Shown: positions 48,156-56,337 of the stretch, piece after piece | How the letters are laid out: every line of letters begins with the position of its first letter | Numbering within the stretch: position 1 is the stretch's first letter | Source of the DNA: an uncultured Alphaproteobacteria bacterium | GTDB taxonomy: Bacteria > Pseudomonadota > Alphaproteobacteria > CAAHEQ01 > UBA3637 | NCBI GenBank assembly: GCA_944393195.1 | Contig: CALXZG010000004.1 | Location: 5,028 to 69,027, forward strand | Reading direction: 5' to 3' | Length of the DNA stretch: 64,000 bases | Notes under the pieces: model-generated | What the model was told of the DNA's origin: nothing | What the model saw: the letters and a program-made list of their open reading frames with translations, nothing else | Databases searched by the model: none | Translations under genes and position numbers: made by a program

Positions 48156-49337
48156 TTATTGTTCCTTTATTAAACGAATCAATCTTAACTTTAAGGTCAC
48201 TAATAATTCGCTGCCGTCGGGTGTTGTCGGATTCAAAGACGGAATCCCCAGAATGACTAATTCATTATCTAATGCGCCAATCGTATTAAATGTTGATATT
48301 TCACCAGCGCGTGTGTCTAACGTCACATCTGTTTCAACGGTATCTGTTGACCGAATTCGAGCGTTCAACAAAACAGACAGCGAACTGCTTTCATGCGGGA
48401 AAGCACACCGACCGACATCAAAACGCATTTTCCACCCGTTGGGAACAATGGCGACACCTTGACTGATCGGTGTAACGGTAAAATCATGCCCCAACGTTGA
48501 CAATAACCCTTGTGTTTTGGTATGATGTCCCGTGATTAGTGCTTTTCCCATTAAGCCGTTCGTCGCGCTGTAAATTTTTCCGGCACCGAATGTGTCGACA
48601 GTCTTTTGCCAGTTAGCGTCCGATGTTTTGGGTGTCAGGCGATAAACCTGCGTATCGGCCAACAACAGATAGGAATCGTTAACGATATAGTCAATTAAAG
48701 ATTCAACCGTCGCTTTGTCGTTTTGGGTTAACGTTAATAAAATCGTATTCTTTTTCCAATCCGGCGTCATTTCCTTTAACCCGGCACCGCGTAAGGCATC
48801 CAACATTGCCAACATCACCATGCGATTGTCGGGTAATTGTAATTCAAACCGTCCTTTTCGTGCCAGATATAATTCTTTGCGTTCGGCATCATATTTATAG
48901 AATGTATCACCGGCCCGCGTCAATTCGCCGATGACCGCCGACAATTCACCGTAGACATCTTTTGCATCTAATTCCGGATAGGCACCGTCTTCGGTATAAA
49001 CCGTAATATCGGCCTCATCCAATAATTTTTGTAATGCTTCGTCTACGGGCATGGCGTCAAAAGAAAAACCGTTTACTTCGAAACGAGGCAGCTTATCCGT
49101 TTCATCAAAAAAAGTCAGCCGAAAATCGCTTGGCTTTAAGGCAATCGTTGTGGAAATTTCCTGATCCCCGAAATTGTTGACGGAACAGCGGATTGGTGTT
49201 TCCATATTTAAAAAGCGGGCGCTTGGTGTCGTATCAAAACGGGGCGGAACGGGTGTATCGATAACAGGCATCGCCCGAATACCAATCGGTAAAGCCAACA
49301 GACCCAACATACATGTACAGAAAAATCCGATTTTCAT
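48156..49337 (-). CDS. Exported protein with secretin-N0-like module (outer-membrane component candidate)
   Basis: Signal peptide MKIGFFCTCMLGLLALPIGIRA. FSFDAMPVDEALQKLLDEADITVY resembles a secretin/STN N0 domain. The C-terminal ..NELVILGIPSL...ELLVTLKLRLI resembles the end of secretin domains. Confidence 0.35.
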   Translation of the reverse strand: MKIGFFCTCMLGLLALPIGIRAMPVIDTPVPPRFDTTPSARFLNMETPIRCSVNNFGDQEISTTIALKPSDFRLTFFDETDKLPRFEVNGFSFDAMPVDEALQKLLDEADITVYTEDGAYPELDAKDVYGELSAVIGELTRAGDTFYKYDAERKELYLARKGRFELQLPDNRMVMLAMLDALRGAGLKEMTPDWKKNTILLTLTQNDKATVESLIDYIVNDSYLLLADTQVYRLTPKTSDANWQKTVDTFGAGKIYSATNGLMGKALITGHHTKTQGLLSTLGHDFTVTPISQGVAIVPNGWKMRFDVGRCAFPHESSSLSVLLNARIRSTDTVETDVTLDTRAGEISTFNTIGALDNELVILGIPSLNPTTPDGSELLVTLKLRLIRLIKEQ

Positions 49338-49355
49338 ATTTATCCTTTCCCGATA

Positions 49356-50540
49356 CTAGCCGGCGCTTGGTTTCGTTTTATTGCCCAAAGAAAACGACAG
49401 CTTTCTTTTTACACCATTTTGGGGCGTTTGTGAAGATGTTTTTTCTTCTTTTTCTTTAATAACGTTTTGCGGAATAGATTGGCGTGTTTCCGACAGGACG
49501 ACATTTTCAATTTTGCGATACTCTTCTTTAATCGGTTTTTCGTCCAGTTCCGCATACGGATCCATCAATGGTTCAAAACCGTCCGGGGCCGGTCCTAAAT
49601 ACTCGGGCGTACCGGAGGTGTCTAACTGTCCCAATGTTTTTTGAATATCCTGACGATTCAGGTCATCACGCAGTAAATCCGTTTCTTCCGATGTTCCGTT
49701 TTGTTCGGCGATTTCTAAATCACGCTCCAATGAAATTTGCATATTTTGCAGACGCTTAACACCATCTTCATAGGAGGCCGCGATGGCACCCAACTGATCC
49801 GTGTCGGCCAATAATTCCTGAATATCCCGTTTGGTTTGTCGCATCAGATCAACCAAAAAACCGTAATGCGGATAGGCGAAAATTTCAATGTTGCCCAACT
49901 CAATACACCGCGCCGTTATCCAAGCCTGTACATTTTGTGTCAATTCCATTTGGCGAAATACTTTTTCAACAGCCCAAATCGGCTCCGGTTTTGGTTGTTC
50001 GACTTCTGTTTCGACTTTTGGGGACGGTTCAGTCACCACCTCTTGTTGTTCTGATTGCGTTATCTCGTCGGTAGGTGTTTCCGATTGAGAATTCGTCGTT
50101 GTTTGGGATATTGTTTCCGCGGGTGTTCCCGTTGTCCCGGTTGCTTCCGGTGTATCGGTTGCTTCCGGTGTATCGGTTGAGGTTATCGGCAGAGCCGCTT
50201 TTTCCCGTAATTGGGTGACGGCAGCTTCCCCGGCTTCCCCGAAAAAAGCCAGCCAATGAGATAAAACCGGAATTCGTTCGGCGATGAATGATGTATCCAA
50301 GGGGGTAGTTTGTGTCAAATATCCCTGAATTTCATTCCAGGCCGTGACCCCGGCGTAATATTGAAAGGCATGGTTTAATTTTTCCTGTTCCTCCGGCGTT
50401 AAATCCGATAACGCATCGTAAATTCGTTGAGCCCAGTCGGCCCCCAAAACCTCTGTCGCAACAGTCGTAAACTGTTCCAGTGATGCGGCGTCCCCGGTAT
50501 AAGCACGCAATGTTTCTTTCAATTTTTGAATATCAGGCAT
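49356..50540 (-). CDS. Acidic hypothetical protein with TDTPEA repeat
   Basis: 394 aa, no signal peptide. 18-nt tandem repeat at 50139-50174. No family recognised. Confidence 0.4.
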   Translation of the reverse strand: MPDIQKLKETLRAYTGDAASLEQFTTVATEVLGADWAQRIYDALSDLTPEEQEKLNHAFQYYAGVTAWNEIQGYLTQTTPLDTSFIAERIPVLSHWLAFFGEAGEAAVTQLREKAALPITSTDTPEATDTPEATGTTGTPAETISQTTTNSQSETPTDEITQSEQQEVVTEPSPKVETEVEQPKPEPIWAVEKVFRQMELTQNVQAWITARCIELGNIEIFAYPHYGFLVDLMRQTKRDIQELLADTDQLGAIAASYEDGVKRLQNMQISLERDLEIAEQNGTSEETDLLRDDLNRQDIQKTLGQLDTSGTPEYLGPAPDGFEPLMDPYAELDEKPIKEEYRKIENVVLSETRQSIPQNVIKEKEEKTSSQTPQNGVKRKLSFSLGNKTKPSAG

Positions 50541-51399
50541 TACTACCTCCTTCGGTGGTATCTTGTGATACGGGCGGAATAATCGGCGGTTTCGGGGGTA
50601 ATGGAGCCGTGGCGGAAGGCGCTTGCGGTGTCATTTGTTGTTGTGCGGTTTCAATAACATCCGAATAGTGTCGTCCCTCTTTTTCCCGTTTTTTTAAATA
50701 ATCCATCAGGCGGTTTGTTTGTCGCGCGGCCAATACCCGCGTGTTTTCGGAAGCCTTTTGAAAGGCCTGAACCAACACATCCGTTTGTGCTTTGACAATT
50801 TTTTCAACAGTTTGATTGAGGAGTTGCGTTTGTTCCAAACGATTCTTTTCACTGTTTTCGGCAGTCGGTTGTGTATTATGTATTTGTTGCAATAAAACGG
50901 ATTGCATTTTTTCCAAAGCCTGTTGCAAAAAAGCGGTTTGGCGTTCGGCTTCAGCCTGTTGCATTTGCTTCATGGCTTTCATTAATGCATTGATATGATG
51001 TGATGAATCCGTCGTATCGGGTATTCCCGTCGGTAAGGTTAACGGACCCATAAAATCCTCCTCCGGTGAGGGGAGATAACTTTCGGCACCGGAAAATGAT
51101 GTCTTTTCGTCTGACGTTTCCGATTTGCCGGCAGTTGTCGTTTGTTTCTTTAAAAAATCAAGATATTGCCGAACAACCGGTCCGCCGATAATGCTGTTAA
51201 GCATTGTTTGCACATCCGGCGGCGCATCCAACAACATTTGATTATACTGTGCGCCAAAATCCGGACCAAATACGGATAAGTGATGATACAAGTTGACCAA
51301 CCGTTGTGCCTGTTCCACAAGAGAATTTTCCTGCGGTCCTTTTTTGCGCATAAAAGTTCCCATAGGATTGTTTAATTCTTGTTCCTGTGTATCGGCCAT
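50533..51399 (-). CDS. Q-rich coiled-coil hypothetical protein with proline-rich C-terminus
   Basis: 288 aa. Overlaps the downstream gene start by 8 nt. No family recognised. Confidence 0.4.
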   Translation of the reverse strand: MADTQEQELNNPMGTFMRKKGPQENSLVEQAQRLVNLYHHLSVFGPDFGAQYNQMLLDAPPDVQTMLNSIIGGPVVRQYLDFLKKQTTTAGKSETSDEKTSFSGAESYLPSPEEDFMGPLTLPTGIPDTTDSSHHINALMKAMKQMQQAEAERQTAFLQQALEKMQSVLLQQIHNTQPTAENSEKNRLEQTQLLNQTVEKIVKAQTDVLVQAFQKASENTRVLAARQTNRLMDYLKKREKEGRHYSDVIETAQQQMTPQAPSATAPLPPKPPIIPPVSQDTTEGGSNA

Positions 51400-51413
51400 G
51401 GGTTGAATCCTTT

Positions 51414-52403
51414 CTAAGGAATTGCAATGAAAACGATGCGTTGCATTTTGGGCAGCAAATCAAACGGAATAGGTGTCGATCCCGGAGCGTCGGCCGATGT
51501 ATACGACCATGTTCCGTCGGCAGATAAGCTGACAGAAACTAATTTAATGCGATCCCCCTCTATCGGCAAGACGGCAATGTCTCCGTCGTGCAGATTTTGC
51601 CCGGGTGCAACAATGAGAACGGAACGTTGTGGCAATAAATTTCCCAATGTTGTGGTCAACAGGCGAATGCCGTAGACCCCGGTTGTTTTGGCCAGTGTGG
51701 ACGGACATAAAATGGAACCAGATGATTTTTCTTTATCTAAAATAATGGTTCCGTCTTCCTGCGGTAAACCGTAAATGGGAACGTTTACCTCTTGGGAGTT
51801 GGCCGTTTTTATCATAAAACGGCTGACCGGCAGGTCGTTATAACCGCCCTTACTGTTTTCAATTCCCGATTTATTGTCACTTTGTTTCAGTTCATCTAAC
51901 GCGCCGGACATATCCAACTCATAGATTTTCAATTGTAAATCCGATCCGGAATAACCGAGCGCATGGGCAATTTTTTCCAAAACGTGTTCTTCAACTTCAC
52001 GTTGCCCCATTTCAATGCGGTGATAAACAGCCAATGTTAAACCGGCCCCCTTTGACACCTGCATTAATGTCAATTTTTTCTGACCGCGTAAATACCGCAG
52101 GCCGGCCCCCAATGTTTTTAAGCCGCTGCCGGAATTGATTTTACTGCGACGTTCCTGTTCTATTTTCCACGCTTTTATGACCTCCGGTTGAGAGGATTCT
52201 TCCGTCACGAAAATAGCTTCCGGCGGACAGTTTAACAAAGTGGAAATAGCCTCCAATTGTTTTTCATCAATACGTCGATATCCGCGTTCAATTTTACTGA
52301 TGGCAGATAAACTGACACCCAGATGATCGGCGACCTTTTTCATAGAAATACCGCGGACACGGCGGAACATGCGAATTTGATTGGGGAAAATGATTTCTTC
52401 CAT
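51414..52403 (-). CDS. Transcriptional regulator with two XRE-type HTH domains and an S24-like C-terminal domain lacking the GxSM serine motif
   Basis: Start at ATG 52403 (RBS aaggag, 7-nt spacer). HTH1 ISMKKVADHLGVSLSAISKIERGYR. HTH2 LTLMQVSKGAGLTLAVYHRIEMGQR. C-terminal LGNLLPQRSVLIVAPGQNLHDGDIAVL...IKLV. Confidence 0.65.
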   Translation of the reverse strand: MEEIIFPNQIRMFRRVRGISMKKVADHLGVSLSAISKIERGYRRIDEKQLEAISTLLNCPPEAIFVTEESSQPEVIKAWKIEQERRSKINSGSGLKTLGAGLRYLRGQKKLTLMQVSKGAGLTLAVYHRIEMGQREVEEHVLEKIAHALGYSGSDLQLKIYELDMSGALDELKQSDNKSGIENSKGGYNDLPVSRFMIKTANSQEVNVPIYGLPQEDGTIILDKEKSSGSILCPSTLAKTTGVYGIRLLTTTLGNLLPQRSVLIVAPGQNLHDGDIAVLPIEGDRIKLVSVSLSADGTWSYTSADAPGSTPIPFDLLPKMQRIVFIAIP

Positions 52404-52497
52404 GTGGGCTCTCCTTATTGTTTTTTTCACTATACACTAAAAATTTTTTTTGGGAAATAGACAAAATGCAAAAAAATACTTTTTTTTGTAAAAAGAT

Positions 52498-52525
52498 GAA
52501 AAAAAGCCTCCGTTAAGGAGGCTGT
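52498..52525 (-). terminator. Intrinsic terminator ending the membrane-protein operon
   Basis: agcctcc-gttaa-ggaggct hairpin. On the minus strand it is followed by ttttttt. Confidence 0.75.
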
Positions 52526-52560
52526 TTAGACCATAATTAGCTTTTTCGCCGGTATTTCCG

Positions 52561-53508
52561 TCATTTTTTTGGGGGATCGGTCTGTGCCGATGCCGGATGG
52601 ATTCTGTTTTTGAGTTTTTGTGCGGTTTTTCTTGCCGTTCGCAGGCTGTGACTGGCGGCTTTGCCTGTGGCAATAGCCGTATATTTAGCGGATTTTCCGG
52701 CTGCTTTTATCCCATATTCCGCCGTTTTGGCCGCCGCAGTAACGGCAGCTCCGGCTACGATCAGCGGAATACCGATAATCGCACCGATCACTGTTCCGGA
52801 CAGAGCCGAACCGGCCTTCATCAATCCTTTCCCGGCGGCACTACCGGCCGCGCCGACGGCTGTTCCGGCGACCTGAGCTCCTTTATCCATGGCGTTACCG
52901 GCTGATTTTGCCCCTTGGTCGACAACCTTGCCGGCGGTTTCGGACGTTTTTTCTGTTGTTTTTTCCGCAGCCTGACCGAATTTATCAAGTGGTGTGGCTT
53001 TGGAATCACCACCACTTTTATTCAGAAAGCTGTCTGTTTTGAATTTAATGGCCTCTCTGCCTTTGTTGGCCGTTCCCAGAATATTTTTACCAAAAGAATA
53101 CGCGTCTGATATGACACCGACAATTGCCGAACCGACCAAACTGGGAAGGTCTCCGGCCAAACCGCTGATCGCTTCAATAACAACGTTGGCCGAATTGATC
53201 AGGTGTATACCGAGGAAAGCCGTAAATAACAAAATCAGAACAACATATAACGCACTGCCGTCTTTTCCGCCCAAAAAGGCAGCGTATAATGTTTCGTAAT
53301 ATTCGTTCGGAACTGTTGTATCAACAACGACTTCTTGGTATTTACCACCAATACCGCTTCCCATGAATCCATCACCGGAATGCGTTGATCCCGAGATATA
53401 AGCGTTTTCCATATCGTAACTAGCTTGTCCCGTAGCGGGGGTCAGAACAATACCGCCGATCAGGCAGATCAAACCGATAATTGTTAACAGGGTTGATTTC
53501 CGAATCAT
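52561..53508 (-). CDS. Membrane protein with G/A/K-rich amphipathic repeats, unknown function
   Basis: Start at ATG 53508 (ATGA overlap with the upstream stop). N-terminal TM, central TM, then a long AGKxAxxAG-type low-complexity region with another TM. Confidence 0.5.
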   Translation of the reverse strand: MIRKSTLLTIIGLICLIGGIVLTPATGQASYDMENAYISGSTHSGDGFMGSGIGGKYQEVVVDTTVPNEYYETLYAAFLGGKDGSALYVVLILLFTAFLGIHLINSANVVIEAISGLAGDLPSLVGSAIVGVISDAYSFGKNILGTANKGREAIKFKTDSFLNKSGGDSKATPLDKFGQAAEKTTEKTSETAGKVVDQGAKSAGNAMDKGAQVAGTAVGAAGSAAGKGLMKAGSALSGTVIGAIIGIPLIVAGAAVTAAAKTAEYGIKAAGKSAKYTAIATGKAASHSLRTARKTAQKLKNRIHPASAQTDPPKK

Positions 53509-55037
53509 TTTGTACCCCCTTCGGTTTCCCCGATCATAGCGGGAACAAGCACGCTTTCGGCATCCCCCGGTAAGAAAGAGGTAAACATTAACAAAACCAA
53601 GGCTATCCCGATGGACAGGGCAATCATGCTGAGAATTGCATGAACAAAGAAATTCCATCCTGTTTTTGCATATTGACGTGAAATCGGAAAAGCGTATGCC
53701 GTGATCAGCAGTGGCATCAGGACAAAAACGAAACCCAGACGGATAAAAATATCCATCAACCTGAATGCTGCCCAAAAAGCCAATAATGTAAAGACAACGA
53801 CAATGATAATACCCAAAATATACATTGGCAACGGGTAGGGAATTTTATCTGTTTTTCCGCCTGTTGCTTTACTGGCTAATTCGGATATGACCGTTTTATT
53901 TTTGAAAGAATAACGGATGAGCAGTTGACCGGAGGCAATAAAGGGGAGGGTTTGTTTGTAAATGCGGCATGTTGTACACAGTAAGCCCGCCCGATCGGCT
54001 TCATCCAACAGGCGAACGGTTGATTTTTTTATATTGCGTTCTGTATTGGCGGCATCGTTACAATTGCTGCCGGAATCGGTACAACAACTGCATCCCAGTA
54101 CATCCGCTTTATTAAAATTTTCGGAGAAAGCAGGGGACGAGGTTAGTTGTATTGCCGTTATTTGTTGTGTGATGGTGGTACCGATACCGATCAGGGGGGA
54201 TAGGGTAATCCGGTAAAATTCAACCAAGGGTGCCTGTAAAATAACGGCAACGCATAGGACGACAAACAAACGTGTTGCAATATCAGTCATAAAGTCACTT
54301 TGTCCGCCGGTTCCTAGTTTACCGATAAACGTCAGAACATAAAAGGCTAACCAAAATAATGTCATCAATCCCAACAAAATCAGAGCCGTTGTTTTCATAA
54401 AATCTTCAACGGAAAAGACTGTTTTTTCAACGGCCTCCAACATCATATCCACAATCCCGCACGGCCAACAACGTCCTCGTTCTTCTTCTAACAGCATCGG
54501 AACGGTTTTTAGTTCTTTTGCCGTTTGCCGTTTTTGCCATTCGGTCCCTTTTTCTTTCAATTCATGGGCGCAGTCATAGTAGTTATGACGACCGGTTCCA
54601 AAAAGTGTCGCCCCCCATCCGACATCATTGGCCCCTAATTGATCGTACATATCTATATATTCATATGCTTCATCCAACATTTCAGGCGGGTTTTTCCCTT
54701 CCGGATCAAAGGATTCGTTTGATTTACAAATATCGGGCCCGGTTTTATCCAATTTTGCCACATATTCATCCGCCAGTTGATCGGTTACATTGTCATCTCT
54801 GAAAAACCCACTGGCTGTTGCCGTGTGTGGCAGGCTCAATAGCGCAATGAACCAAATGAATAGTCCCGTTTTACGACCATGATATAAATAGATTCCCAAA
54901 AAGAGCAAAATACCCAGGATGCCGATACCGCACAGAGATAGTATCATGCTTTCATTTTGCTCTGCCGGAAGAAACGCCAAGATTCCGATTAAGGCGAGCA
55001 ATCCAACAGTTTCCATGATATGTCGTATCGTATGCAT
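53505..55037 (-). CDS. Polytopic membrane protein, CWPC-motif paralog family (VirB6/TrbL-like candidate), 510 aa
   Basis: RGRCWPCGIVDMM..., a Cys-rich loop, and RLMDIFIRLGFVFVLMPLLITAYAFPISRQYAKTGWNFF, shared with 55053 and 56338. Confidence 0.5.
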   Translation of the reverse strand: MHTIRHIMETVGLLALIGILAFLPAEQNESMILSLCGIGILGILLFLGIYLYHGRKTGLFIWFIALLSLPHTATASGFFRDDNVTDQLADEYVAKLDKTGPDICKSNESFDPEGKNPPEMLDEAYEYIDMYDQLGANDVGWGATLFGTGRHNYYDCAHELKEKGTEWQKRQTAKELKTVPMLLEEERGRCWPCGIVDMMLEAVEKTVFSVEDFMKTTALILLGLMTLFWLAFYVLTFIGKLGTGGQSDFMTDIATRLFVVLCVAVILQAPLVEFYRITLSPLIGIGTTITQQITAIQLTSSPAFSENFNKADVLGCSCCTDSGSNCNDAANTERNIKKSTVRLLDEADRAGLLCTTCRIYKQTLPFIASGQLLIRYSFKNKTVISELASKATGGKTDKIPYPLPMYILGIIIVVVFTLLAFWAAFRLMDIFIRLGFVFVLMPLLITAYAFPISRQYAKTGWNFFVHAILSMIALSIGIALVLLMFTSFLPGDAESVLVPAMIGETEGGTK

Positions 55038-55052
55038 GTTTCTCTCCCGTCG

Positions 55053-56294
55053 TTACCCTTTTGCTATGGACGCAATATCGCTTTTTATTTTTTGTAAATT
55101 TTCCTTAAATTGTTTGGGGTCATGGGCCGTGACAGCCAATTTTAGCGCATTTTTCCCTAAATTTTGAAGACCTTTGACAACTTGAGTCATGGCACCGGCG
55201 CTACCGTCACCGCCAAAACGACTTGCCATTTTCGGAATATGATTGGCCAGTGCATTCATCGCCAACAAAAGGACGAAAAAAGCTAGGGCATTTGTTTTGA
55301 AATTGTGAATACCGCTGACCATAGACGGATCTGCCGTTTGGCGGGCAACGCTCAGGGCCGCCGGATATGACCGTTCGGTATACACCAAAATCAGATAAAC
55401 CATCAGGGAGATAAAAATACTGCCGAATAAGAGGGTAACCATAGCACCGAACAAGATGTCCCAACCTTTTCGAATCATGCTTTTGGTTGGTGGGAATACC
55501 CACGCAACAAATAGAAACGGAGACAAGATAATAATAACGCCGAGCCGGATAAACGAATCAATAAACAATAGTGGAAATCTGAGTAACAGATTAAAGAAAA
55601 TTAAAATGACCAAAAGACCGAACAGAATGCCCAATAACCCGGGTTCACGCAGAATTGTCATTCCCAAAGCGACACCGGAGCGTAAAGCAACCGTTATTCG
55701 GTAAATAATATCCAAGATATAGATTTTTGTGTCCCCAAAAATTTGTATGCTTGCCCCCGTACCGGAAACTGTTTCTGTAATATCCGATGGGGTCAGCAGG
55801 CGTTGTGCAACGTCGGTGTCGCTTGTTAAAACCTGTCGGATAATTTCGGCAAATGTCAACAGAACGGGTTGTACAATCAGGTGCGCAATAAAGGCAATAT
55901 AATCCCCCGGATTAAGCAACAATGCGGCCACCAGTATGGCTTTAAACAAAACAATCATAACGGATTGGACGAATCGTTTGACATTTGGTTCTTTGACGGA
56001 TACGACGAACGTGCCGACCTTAAACAACAACCAAAATAATAATCCGAAACCCAGAATGATAATGGCATGGTGTGTCATGTCGTAGGTCAGAGCAATAATA
56101 CCTTTGTCCAAGGCGGAGAACGCCGCATCGTATAAAATGCATGGCCAACAATTTTCGATGTTGGTCGTCCATTCATCGGCATTATACGGAACCTCTTGTT
56201 TACCACAGGCACACAGCAACAGGCAACACATCACTACGAACATAATGTATCGCAGATGGATCCGGTCTTTGATCTGTGTTGCCGTTAACGACAT
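55053..56294 (-). CDS. Polytopic membrane protein, CWPC-motif paralog family (VirB6/TrbL-like candidate), 413 aa
   Basis: NIENCWPCILYDAAF... and LFIDSFIRLGVIIILSPFLFVAWVFPPTKSMIRKGWDILF. Multiple TM segments. Confidence 0.5.
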   Translation of the reverse strand: MSLTATQIKDRIHLRYIMFVVMCCLLLCACGKQEVPYNADEWTTNIENCWPCILYDAAFSALDKGIIALTYDMTHHAIIILGFGLLFWLLFKVGTFVVSVKEPNVKRFVQSVMIVLFKAILVAALLLNPGDYIAFIAHLIVQPVLLTFAEIIRQVLTSDTDVAQRLLTPSDITETVSGTGASIQIFGDTKIYILDIIYRITVALRSGVALGMTILREPGLLGILFGLLVILIFFNLLLRFPLLFIDSFIRLGVIIILSPFLFVAWVFPPTKSMIRKGWDILFGAMVTLLFGSIFISLMVYLILVYTERSYPAALSVARQTADPSMVSGIHNFKTNALAFFVLLLAMNALANHIPKMASRFGGDGSAGAMTQVVKGLQNLGKNALKLAVTAHDPKQFKENLQKIKSDIASIAKG

Positions 56295-56337
56295 GTTTTT
56301 CTCCTTTTATCCTGACTATTTCCCCAAATATCGTCGG

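Noticed and set aside
53509-53775. N-terminal extension of the 52561 ORF (track start 53775).
   Set aside because: It overlaps the 3' end of the 510 aa gene in another frame. ATG 53508 gives an ATGA stop/start overlap and a sensible signal/TM N-terminus.
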